Origin: a virus | Lineage: Duplodnaviria; Caudoviricetes | Length of the DNA stretch: 25,870 bases | IMG/VR virus record: IMGVR_UViG_3300025070_002727 | Span: 1-25,870 of that record | Direction: 5' to 3' (one strand) | Part shown: positions 1 to 7,965 of the stretch, piece by piece | Layout: each line of letters begins with the position of its first letter | How positions within the stretch are numbered: the first letter of the stretch is position 1 | The notes under the pieces: model-generated | Databases searched by the model: none | The model's input: only the letters and a program-made list of their open reading frames with translations | What the model was told of the DNA's origin: nothing | Position numbers and translations under genes: made by a program

Positions 1-2346
1 AATGACAGCTTGTCCTGCCATGCTTGAAGCACCTAGACCTCTAGCAGCAAGCATCTGTGAAGCAGCCCTCATAGAACCTGCAGCCCAGGCAGGTGTATCA
101 CCACCCTCAAACTGAGCCATCAAGTTAGCTAGTTCACCTTGTACTGATGCAGCCTGTACTTCACCTGTACCGAATGCTTGACCTACTCTTGCTTGGTCTA
201 CACCAGTACCTTGAATAAGTTCACCCTGTGGTCCTGTCTGTAGTGTACGAGTAGGTAAGCCAGCATCACCTTGTGCTTCGGCTACAGTCTGAGCAGTACC
301 TGTGGCAGCATCAAGTCCAGAGACAGAAGTACCTGTTGCAGTTTGAGCATCTATAGTTTGTGTAGGTCCAGTAGATGTAGCTGCAGTCATTCCTGTTGTA
401 GCTTGCTGTACATCAGTGTATGCTTGGTTAGCATCGTAGGTTGCAGCACCCTGACCAGTAGGGACATCAGCAGTTGTAACAGATCCAATCTGTGCTACCT
501 GATCTTCTTGCACCATAGGTGCTGTGCCAAGAGCCTGACCTGTACTGGAATCCATTACAGTTCCATAAGTATTAGGATCAAGGTAAGACACAGGAGCAGC
601 AGCTACAGCACCACCAGGAGCTACAGTTGATTGTGCAACTAGGTCTCTCTGTGCTTGTGTTAGATCTTCAGCAGTTACATCCATCTGACCTGTTGGCATG
701 TCAGTATTAATACCACCAGTTTGTGGAGGTTGGTCAGCTTTCTCTGCAGCTTCCTGTTGAGCTTTGATATTTTGTAGTGTTGCAGGATCAGTAATATAAG
801 ACTGATATGCACCTTGGTATGCAGTCTCATCATACCCTGGGAGGTTCATATCTATGCCTTGCTGCTGTAGATAGTCATTATAACTAGGTAGACCTAACCC
901 AGAAAGACCTGTATCATTAGCAGCTTTAGCATTCATAGCAGTGTCATATGCTTGGGAGTAAGTTCCATCAGGATACTTAATCTTGTAAGTACCGTCAGAA
1001 GCTTGTACAACCTCACCACCAGGTTGATAATTTAGGGCAGGGTTTACTGTAGCCCCTGTGTTAAATCCTTGGATAACACCACCTTGGTTGTTACCTTGTA
1101 CAGTCTGTGATGCAGAACCACCTTGTGTTTGTGCTTCAGTTCCAAAGCCTTGAACCTTAAAATAACCAGGAGGGATAGGTTGAGAAGGTACACCATTGAT
1201 ATGTTGGATGTACATAGACATACCAAACCTGTTACGGTACAACACATTCTCAAATGCAGGAGCAGTACCAGCAGCTTGTTGCTCTTCCAGTGTCTGAGGT
1301 TGATATAGTTTAGCTTGCTCTGCAGCTCTGTTTTCAAACTGTGTTTGCTGTAGTCCTAGTCCTGCCTCATAAGTAGGGATATCTACTTCAGTAAGGCCAG
1401 TCTGACCGTCACCATAGACAGGAGTAATGTTTCCAATGTTAGGAGTACTTACAAAGTTAGGCCCAGTGTAAGTCCCATCTCCTGTAACTCCACCTGTGAT
1501 GTTACCAGCACCAGTACCTACACCACCAGTGTTTATAGTCCCTGTAGCCCCAGATCCTGTTGTAGTACCTGTATCTGTTTTCTTTGTTTTCTTTTTCTTG
1601 ATAAGATCCCACTCAAGCATGTTTAAGGTGGCTTCATCGTAGGAACCTGCAGCAGATATTCTAGGACTCCAATAATCATTTCCCTGTGATAAAAGGTTGT
1701 CCATATAATTGTTATGATCTGTTAATTCTTTAGCTGTTGCATTAGCCATACCTGCAGTCGAGTTACTAGAAACACCTCTGTTTGCCAACTGAGAAGTTAG
1801 ATAAACTCTGTTTGCTGTAAAGTCGTTAGTGACTTCAACAGTCTCAGGATCAATACCAGCATCAATTAAATCTTGTTCAGTAGGTTGATCTTGCCAACGA
1901 TCATAAAGGATCTGAGCACCAACATCGTTAGCTGAGTTATTGCCATAGAATGTAGATTGTTCTCCAGGGTTATACCCTGCTTCTTTAAGCACATCATCTA
2001 GTACAGTATGAGCAGACGTATCATTAGGATCAATACCCAAGGAGGCATATGCTGCATTCATGTCAGCAGTATTAACACCAGTGTTCTGAGCAAGATATTT
2101 CAAGTCAGCAGCAGCAGCAATAGCAGCCATCTCCTCAGAGGTAGCATTGGAAAGATCTACAACCTGTGTATCTTTACCTGTGTAAGTAAGCTCAACACCA
2201 TTAACTTCGTAGTTTCCATCGGCATTAACTGTTGCTCCACCCATGCCAAAATCACCAGAGGCAACTGCTGCATCAATCTCAGGGTTTTCTCCTGGTTTAA
2301 CGCCTGTTCCTGCTGGGGGAGATTCTACTGTTTTAAATATTGACAT
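1..2346 (-). CDS. Large putative internal virion (ejection) protein, >782 aa, truncated at the window edge
   Basis: Manually translated. ATG at 2346 with AAGGT upstream; MSIFKTVESPPAGTGVKPGENP... stays open to base 1 (...GGDTPAWAAGSMRAASQMLAARGLGASSMAGQAVI). Rich in G/T/A/Q, no Cys seen. Absent from the ORF track because there is no stop inside the window. Function inferred from composition and position. Confidence 0.8.
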   Translation of the reverse strand, partial: MSIFKTVESPPAGTGVKPGENPEIDAAVASGDFGMGGATVNADGNYEVNGVELTYTGKDTQVVDLSNATSEEMAAIAAAADLKYLAQNTGVNTADMNAAYASLGIDPNDTSAHTVLDDVLKEAGYNPGEQSTFYGNNSANDVGAQILYDRWQDQPTEQDLIDAGIDPETVEVTNDFTANRVYLTSQLANRGVSSNSTAGMANATAKELTDHNNYMDNLLSQGNDYWSPRISAAGSYDEATLNMLEWDLIKKKKTKKTDTGTTTGSGATGTINTGGVGTGAGNITGGVTGDGTYTGPNFVSTPNIGNITPVYGDGQTGLTEVDIPTYEAGLGLQQTQFENRAAEQAKLYQPQTLEEQQAAGTAPAFENVLYRNRFGMSMYIQHINGVPSQPIPPGYFKVQGFGTEAQTQGGSASQTVQGNNQGGVIQGFNTGATVNPALNYQPGGEVVQASDGTYKIKYPDGTYSQAYDTAMNAKAANDTGLSGLGLPSYNDYLQQQGIDMNLPGYDETAYQGAYQSYITDPATLQNIKAQQEAAEKADQPPQTGGINTDMPTGQMDVTAEDLTQAQRDLVAQSTVAPGGAVAAAPVSYLDPNTYGTVMDSSTGQALGTAPMVQEDQVAQIGSVTTADVPTGQGAATYDANQAYTDVQQATTGMTAATSTGPTQTIDAQTATGTSVSGLDAATGTAQTVAEAQGDAGLPTRTLQTGPQGELIQGTGVDQARVGQAFGTGEVQAASVQGELANLMAQFEGGDTPAWAAGSMRAASQMLAARGLGASSMAGQAVI

Positions 2347-2357
2347 TATCTAATACC

Positions 2358-3128
2358 TTATAATGCTAAAGTCTGTCTAAGCTTTGTTGTGTCTGCTTTA
2401 GTAAACTCTTGGTAATTACCTTTTAAATTCTCTGGGAAAGCAATAAACTCTATAGTTGCACCAGTCTTGTCTGAGACTTCTAGGGCTACATCGTAGAAGC
2501 TACGAGGATTGCCTGTACCAAAATTCCATATACCTGACTCGTCTACATCAAAGAATCTTTGCTGATCCATCACAACTTTACCTACGTGAATAAAGTCTCT
2601 GAAGTATTTAGGAGAACCTTTAAACAGTTTTATCTTACCAGTCTTTTTAGCTTGTCCCATAAACTTGGTGAAGGGACTTGCTTGGTTTCCTTTGTGCTCC
2701 TCGTGGGGGCCATGTACGTTGAAGTATCTAAATATCTGAGTAGTGATATCAGCATTTCTAAACTCTACATACTTTTCAAACAATGCCTTACTACGAGCAT
2801 AATGGTTCTGAGGATCAACAGGAGATGTCTCCTTGAAGTCTGACTTTAGTCCATAGACTGAAGCACTGGAAGCAAACTGAAACTTAATGTTATGCTTGAT
2901 ACATTCTTCATACAACTTAATGCTGAACTCTACATTCTGTCTATATATCTTAGAGATGTTTGTCTCAGTTGTGGAGCTAATAGCCCCTAAGTGTACTACC
3001 CAGTCCAATCCTTCTACCTTAGGAAAGGACATGCCCCACTCATTCTTTACCACTTCGTGGTGTGGTGTCAGGGCATTGACCATGTTTTGACCAATGAAGC
3101 CATTACTCCCAGTGACGAGTATTTTCAT
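2358..3128 (-). CDS. hldD: ADP-L-glycero-D-manno-heptose 6-epimerase (short form, 256 aa)
   Basis: GSNGFIG Rossmann motif, HLGAISSTTE, ASSASVYG, YARSK (YxxxK), FRYFNVHGPHEEHKG, RDFIHV and YQEFTKAD match HldD/RfaD-specific motifs. Confidence 0.9.
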   Translation of the reverse strand: MKILVTGSNGFIGQNMVNALTPHHEVVKNEWGMSFPKVEGLDWVVHLGAISSTTETNISKIYRQNVEFSIKLYEECIKHNIKFQFASSASVYGLKSDFKETSPVDPQNHYARSKALFEKYVEFRNADITTQIFRYFNVHGPHEEHKGNQASPFTKFMGQAKKTGKIKLFKGSPKYFRDFIHVGKVVMDQQRFFDVDESGIWNFGTGNPRSFYDVALEVSDKTGATIEFIAFPENLKGNYQEFTKADTTKLRQTLAL

Positions 3129-3481
3129 GACTGGCTGTCACCTTTTGCTACTCTGTAATTATCTTCTACAGAATCAGGGGTAGAGACCTCTAGTATTGTT
3201 CCCTCTTCTAAGCAAATGATTTGATGAGGTACAAGAGTCGGGTTCGTCCAGGCATCGCCCTCACCCAAGGACTCAACGTGTGTGGTGGCGTCTTCTGTGT
3301 CGATCCAAAGAACCTCAAACTTGCCAGATAGAACGTACCAACTTTCTTTCTTATCTTTGTGGAAGTGCATAGAGAATTTAGCACCAGTATTAAAAGATAG
3401 AAACTTACTACAATACTCGTCATTTGTTACCCATATAAGTTCAGAACCCCAGCCCTTCTTAACGAAGCCTTCAAGTCGCAT
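3125..3481 (-). CDS. Cupin-fold sugar(-phosphate) isomerase, mannose-6-phosphate isomerase-like
   Basis: KGWGSE...YCSK, SMHFHKDKKESWYVLSG (HxHxxxxE) and the distal PHQI His form a cupin metal site. ATGA overlap with hldD. Confidence 0.8.
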   Translation of the reverse strand: MRLEGFVKKGWGSELIWVTNDEYCSKFLSFNTGAKFSMHFHKDKKESWYVLSGKFEVLWIDTEDATTHVESLGEGDAWTNPTLVPHQIICLEEGTILEVSTPDSVEDNYRVAKGDSQS

Positions 3482-4229
3482 GTTGTGTTACCTCTGTTAG
3501 TGTAGGAGCATAGACTCCTCTGTGTTGGACAGTTATGGCTGCTGCATCCATTGCAAACTTTATAGCCTTGTCTATATCATAAGTATCTAGATAGTTGAAT
3601 ACAAGACCCGCAAGGAATGTATCTCCTGCACCACACACATCATGAGTTTCTACACTAGGGGGTAGGTAAGTTCTGTTCTTATACTCGACTTTCTTTGAGC
3701 CGTATGTGACGATAAGTTCGTCTGTTAGTGTTTCTGCTGCTTCCAGTTCGTACTGGTTTATCTTTACGAAGCAGCCATCAAACTGAGCTAGGTTAGTCTT
3801 CTTAGTATCTACAAAGATAGGGCCGTTATACTTAGCTCTGAAATCTTTTATGTCGTTATCTTCTATAAAACCTTTGTTGTAGTCTGAGATAACAACAGCA
3901 TCATACATACTTACATCTTCGTCTGCTGTATCTATGTGCTCAGTCTTAATCTTTTCATCTACTCTGATCAGTTGCTGACCAGTCTTATCTTCAACGTATC
4001 TGTGTTTACGTTCTCTGTACTCTGTTATGATGTCTACTCTAGCACCCAGATTAACTAAGTTGTTGTAGACGTTGTATGCCATACCCCTTTTGATTACGGT
4101 TGAGGTAAGATCAAAGACAGGCACAGGTGCCTCTGGGCTTATTCTAGTTACAGTGCCTGTGTGGTATTCATCATAACAACTGTCGCCTAGTAATAAAATC
4201 TTCGATTGCTTTTGTGGTAGACTGCCCAT
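3471..4229 (-). CDS. hldA: D-glycero-D-manno-heptose-7-phosphate kinase (stand-alone HldE/RfaE domain I, PfkB family)
   Basis: GDSCYDEYHTGTVTRISPEAPVPV, ISDYNKG and DVCGAGDTF motifs. Confidence 0.9.
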   Translation of the reverse strand: MGSLPQKQSKILLLGDSCYDEYHTGTVTRISPEAPVPVFDLTSTVIKRGMAYNVYNNLVNLGARVDIITEYRERKHRYVEDKTGQQLIRVDEKIKTEHIDTADEDVSMYDAVVISDYNKGFIEDNDIKDFRAKYNGPIFVDTKKTNLAQFDGCFVKINQYELEAAETLTDELIVTYGSKKVEYKNRTYLPPSVETHDVCGAGDTFLAGLVFNYLDTYDIDKAIKFAMDAAAITVQHRGVYAPTLTEVTQHAT

Positions 4230-4581
4230 TGGTTCTCTCGTAGAATACTATTTCTTTGCAGTACTCCTCCCCAAGTATTGTCTTTCCCTTCCAATCAGAT
4301 CCTTTTACCATTACATCAGGCTGATAAGCTTTTATAATACCTACCAAGTCCTCGTCTGTATCAAATACTCTGACACTATTGACAGGCTTCAACATAGACA
4401 TTATATGTTTACGTATTGACAAAGGATTAAAAGGTCTTCCAGTACCCTTGTTATACTCAATACGCCTGTCTGTGTCAATAGCTACTAGCAAATGACCACC
4501 TAACATCCCTGCAAAATCAAGGAGATCTAGGTGTCCAGAGTGCAGTACATCAAATGCACCATTAACAAAAACTTTCTTCAT
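4171..4581 (-). CDS. hldC: Heptose-1-phosphate adenylyltransferase (stand-alone HldE/RfaE domain II)
   Basis: NGAFDVLHSGH (HxGH), KGTGRPFNPLSIR, KGSDW and C-terminal STT motifs. Confidence 0.88.
   Translation of the reverse strand: MKKVFVNGAFDVLHSGHLDLLDFAGMLGGHLLVAIDTDRRIEYNKGTGRPFNPLSIRKHIMSMLKPVNSVRVFDTDEDLVGIIKAYQPDVMVKGSDWKGKTILGEEYCKEIVFYERTNGQSTTKAIEDFITRRQLL
4379..4407 (+). promoter_or_regulatory. Possible sigma70 promoter for gmhB, antisense within hldC
   Basis: TTGACA (4379-4384), 17 nt, then TATATG (4402-4407). The -10 is imperfect. It lies about 190 nt upstream of the only plus-strand gene. Confidence 0.3.
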
Positions 4582-4598
4582 GAGGTAAAGATCCTAAT

Positions 4599-5246
4599 AT
4601 GTCCAGATTCAAACATATTATTACACAAGAACCAAGTCAACAACCTCAACAAGAGTTACCCCCAGATTGGCCTACAGTCTTTCCTAAATCTATTGTAGGA
4701 CTAGATCGTGATGGTGTCATCAACGTAGATAAAGGCCACTACATCACAGATCCTGAAGACTTTGAAGTATACCCTGACTCCCTAGCAGCTATCCACAAGC
4801 TTCGTATGAAAGGTTACAAAGTGGTAATATTAACTAACCAGGGTGGTATTATTAAAGGATTACAAACACATGAGCAAGTAGAAGCTGTACACCAACGTAT
4901 GTTTGAAATCTTTGGACAGGCAGGTATCTACACTATTGATGGTCTTTTCTATTCTGAGTCTTCATTGAAAGAGGACATTTATGCCAAGCCTAACTTAGGT
5001 ATGTTTCACAGAGTAGAGAAAGAAATATTTGGCGGTAAGACTAGGTTTAAAGATAAAGGTTTCTATGTAGGTGATAAGATGTCTGACCTTAAAGCTGCTG
5101 AGAGAATTGGTGCCACCCCAATCTTAGTAAGAACTGGTCATGGGGTGGACACTGAAGGAGAGCTAAAGAAGTTCTCAAAAGAGAAGTTAAGAAAGAAGAC
5201 TAAGGTTTTCGATAACCTCCTTCAATTTGTGAACAGGCTACCTTAA
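4599..5246 (+). CDS. gmhB: D,D-heptose 1,7-bisphosphate phosphatase (HAD family)
   Basis: LDRDGVIN (DxD), TNQGGI, KPNLGM, VGDKMSDLKAA and LVRTGHG motifs. Lacks the CxH...CxC zinc loop. Confidence 0.88.
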   Translation: MSRFKHIITQEPSQQPQQELPPDWPTVFPKSIVGLDRDGVINVDKGHYITDPEDFEVYPDSLAAIHKLRMKGYKVVILTNQGGIIKGLQTHEQVEAVHQRMFEIFGQAGIYTIDGLFYSESSLKEDIYAKPNLGMFHRVEKEIFGGKTRFKDKGFYVGDKMSDLKAAERIGATPILVRTGHGVDTEGELKKFSKEKLRKKTKVFDNLLQFVNRLP

Positions 5247-6955
5247 GCAGCCTCTTCTCCTAGATCTTCTACAACTGAATTATTGTAGGGGTAGTGTACC
5301 AACTTACCCATCTCTGGTAAATACAAATAGTTGATGTCTGAGTTCTTAATGGTTCTCATAGCATCATCTAGTGTCTCTACCAGTGGCTCACCTGCTAAGT
5401 TGAAGCTAGTGTTGAATAGAATAGGTACACCAGTAATCTTACGGAACTCATCAATCAGAGTATGATATGTTTCATTCTGTTCTTTAGTCACAGTTTGAAT
5501 ACGACATGTACCGTCTACGTGTGTGATAGCAGGACACTCACCATGCTTCTCTAACTTGAAGTCCATTGCATACATCATGAATGGTGACTCTTCCATACCG
5601 TAGGTGTCGAACCACTCCTCAAAATGTTCCTGCATCATAGAGCCAGCAAATGGTCTAAACCACTCACGTCCTTTGACCTTGTTTACTGTGTCCTTACCAT
5701 TAGGATCTGTGGGATCGTACAGGATAGAACGATTCCCTAGTGCACGAGGTCCAGCCTCAGAACGTCCTTGATACAAAGCTACGATATTCTTCTCAGAGAT
5801 AAGCTTTGCTACATCAGAAGGTTTTACTTTCTTTGTTTCAATGTCACCAAAGTCGTAAGACTCTTCACGTTCAGGACCAAGGTACAGAGTGTCTAGTGGA
5901 CGTTTTGTTTTATCTTTTGTTTCTATGTGATGGACTAGTCTTGCAAGACCAAGGGCTGTGCCACCATCATGTGAGATAGGGTCAACAAAGATATTAAGGT
6001 CAGGAAAACGTTTCTTGTAGTAGTAGTTTGCCATGCAGTTTAGACCATAACCACCAGCAATAACAACGTTCTTTTTACCAGACATCATTACAGCTTTTTC
6101 GATCAAGTCTCCAACAAGAGTTTGTGTTTGATCTTGAACTGCCCAAGCTAGATCTTTTGCTGCATCAGTGACTCTACTTGGATCTTTATGCCAAGCTTTT
6201 GGGTCATCTCTGAGCACTAAGTAGTCCCAACGTTCATGGTCAATGTGAGCACCTGCAGGGTAGTTAGGGAAAAACATATTTTTATCCCCTCTAGTGTTAA
6301 CAAATAAAGGTGGGATTTTATCTGTTGCCTTACCATAAGGAGCAAGGCCCATTGTTTTACCTGCTTCAATATAACCAAAACCAAGATATTCAGATACAGC
6401 TTCGTAAGCTTTTACAATAGTTACTGCTGAGTCCATGAATATACTTTCGTTGGTAATCCTTTGAGTATCTGGGTTTCCTCCAAAAGATTGGTAAATAGCT
6501 TTTACACCTTCTTCGTAGTCACAGTCAAAAATAGATTCTGTCTCAAATCCATAATTAGTAAAATCATCTGTGACCTTTATTCCTTGTCTTGTTCCTGCCC
6601 CATCTACAACGACAGCTACAGCATCATCAAAACCTGAGTTGTAGAAAGCTCCTGCTGCATGACCTGCATGATGTGCATTTGCAAGATTTACAACTTTAAC
6701 ATCAGGGTTATGTTTACGAACAAGGGCAGTGTATGGGTCTTCGCCTGTCCAAGGTAACTGAGGAAACTCTGGGTGAGTACCTCCTAGAATTAAAATATCA
6801 ATCCCATACTTAAGTGCTTCAAGGATACCTCTAAAAGGGTTCCCGTCATATTTAGTACGAGAAAATCTTTCTTCTTCTATATAAAACTTTAATTCACCAT
6901 CTACCAGTAAAGCAGCAGAACCATTGTGACCTGGGTTAATTCCTAAAATATTCAT
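5243..6955 (-). CDS. O-carbamoyltransferase, NodU/CmcH/TobZ family
   Basis: ILGINPGHNGSAAL...EEERFSR, HHAGHA, VDGAG, GKTMGLAPYG, GGYGLNC, GRSEAGPRALGNRSIL, REWFRPFA, HVDGTCRIQTV and NTSFNLAGEPLVET motifs. Confidence 0.93.
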   Translation of the reverse strand: MNILGINPGHNGSAALLVDGELKFYIEEERFSRTKYDGNPFRGILEALKYGIDILILGGTHPEFPQLPWTGEDPYTALVRKHNPDVKVVNLANAHHAGHAAGAFYNSGFDDAVAVVVDGAGTRQGIKVTDDFTNYGFETESIFDCDYEEGVKAIYQSFGGNPDTQRITNESIFMDSAVTIVKAYEAVSEYLGFGYIEAGKTMGLAPYGKATDKIPPLFVNTRGDKNMFFPNYPAGAHIDHERWDYLVLRDDPKAWHKDPSRVTDAAKDLAWAVQDQTQTLVGDLIEKAVMMSGKKNVVIAGGYGLNCMANYYYKKRFPDLNIFVDPISHDGGTALGLARLVHHIETKDKTKRPLDTLYLGPEREESYDFGDIETKKVKPSDVAKLISEKNIVALYQGRSEAGPRALGNRSILYDPTDPNGKDTVNKVKGREWFRPFAGSMMQEHFEEWFDTYGMEESPFMMYAMDFKLEKHGECPAITHVDGTCRIQTVTKEQNETYHTLIDEFRKITGVPILFNTSFNLAGEPLVETLDDAMRTIKNSDINYLYLPEMGKLVHYPYNNSVVEDLGEEAA

Positions 6956-6956
6956 C

Positions 6957-7883
6957 TCACTTCACCTTCTTTTCGATATCTTTTACAATGTCAGCATATA
7001 CTTTGTTTATTTCTTCGTCTGTAAACTCAACAGTTCCTTCATTAAAACGATCTGCTAAATGAGATTCAAGACCTGATATACGAATAGGTGAATATACTTT
7101 AGGAACGTTCCTTTCTATAATATTAAAGTGATTAGGGTACGTAGTGTTTATAGCAAAAGTAGACCCCATGATAACTGATCCAGGTTTACTTAAAGCCTTT
7201 GCCATATGTTGGCCTACAGAGTCACATCCAATAAAGTAGTCTGCTGCCTCAATAAAACAGGCCCACATACGAAGGTCTGCTTCAGGCTTCATGGTGTATG
7301 TGTCTTCAGGCATCCAGAAGTTTTTCTCAGCAAACAAAACTAGGTTGTACTTTGTTGCTAGTTTCTTTGCTAGTTTAAGGTATGTATCTGGATTAATAGA
7401 ACGAGAAGATTGGTCTAATAAAACACCTTCCTGTGGTTTTTCAATGGATCTACCGAAAGGTTGAATAACAATAGTCTTCTGCTTCTGCTGCTGTTGCCTA
7501 ACTTGCTGCATAAAGTTAGCTGCTTGAAGTTCTTCATTCCTGTTTGTTACAAGGGTAGGATCACCTAAATCAGAATGATCATCAGTCTCATTAATTAAGT
7601 AATCAAATGATTCAGCAAGAGACTTTTCTTGTTTGTAGTACCCTGGTACTCTATATGGCTCTGGAGATATAACTCTATCTGCATCCATAAAGAATTGTTC
7701 AAAGGCACCTTTCTGATCTGGGTTAAAGACTTTATCATGTAGTTCTGGAATACCCCAGTATAGAGAGTCCCAACCATGCACCATAATACGAAAGTCTTTG
7801 TTTTTCTTTGAGTACTTGATGAGGGCAGGAATAGCTGCTATAGCCCTACCTGCTCCACCATCAATCATAAAAACAGTTTTCAT
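6957..7883 (-). CDS. GT9-family (ADP-heptose heptosyltransferase-like) glycosyltransferase
   Basis: C-terminal LRMWACFIEAADYFIGCDSVGQHMAKALSKPGSVIMGST and IVIQP are GT9 signatures. The N-terminus MKTVFMIDGGAGRAIAAIPAL is in register with WaaC. Start moved from the TTG at 7919 to the ATG at 7883. Confidence 0.8.
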   Translation of the reverse strand: MKTVFMIDGGAGRAIAAIPALIKYSKKNKDFRIMVHGWDSLYWGIPELHDKVFNPDQKGAFEQFFMDADRVISPEPYRVPGYYKQEKSLAESFDYLINETDDHSDLGDPTLVTNRNEELQAANFMQQVRQQQQKQKTIVIQPFGRSIEKPQEGVLLDQSSRSINPDTYLKLAKKLATKYNLVLFAEKNFWMPEDTYTMKPEADLRMWACFIEAADYFIGCDSVGQHMAKALSKPGSVIMGSTFAINTTYPNHFNIIERNVPKVYSPIRISGLESHLADRFNEGTVEFTDEEINKVYADIVKDIEKKVK

Positions 7884-7911
7884 AGTCTTCTTCTTTTTAT
7901 TATTATCTTTA

Positions 7912-7928
7912 CAGTCCAAAAAGGACTG
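7912..7928 (-). other. Small hairpin in the 5' UTR of the glycosyltransferase gene
   Basis: CAGTCC-ttttt-GGACTG perfect 6-bp stem, starting at the predicted transcription start. Confidence 0.45.
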
Positions 7929-7934
7929 GTGATT

Positions 7935-7963
7935 ATTTTAACACATTCACTTTAGTATGTAAA
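7935..7963 (-). promoter_or_regulatory. Sigma70-type promoter driving the glycosylation cassette
   Basis: Minus strand TTTACA, 17 nt, TAAAAT, with an extended -10 TG, located in the intergenic gap. Confidence 0.7.
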
Positions 7964-7965
7964 CT

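Noticed and set aside
271-2343. Short ORFs in the track (271-630, 1044-1337, 1123-1308, 2008-2343)
   Set aside because: They are antisense or out-of-frame shadows of the long minus-strand ORF 1-2346. Their Cys/Ser richness comes from reverse-read Ala/Thr codons.
2358-7883. Host chromosomal LPS-core locus or chimeric assembly
   Set aside because: The genes are compact, overlap each other and are flanked on both sides by phage virion genes in the same orientation. No waaA, waaL, flippase or other host genes are present. Action on host LPS remains possible but is less favoured.
7884-7919. TTG start giving the extension MDCKDNNKKKKT on the glycosyltransferase
   Set aside because: The TTG lies inside the 5' hairpin with no RBS. 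The ATG at 7883 puts the protein in register with GT9 N-termini.
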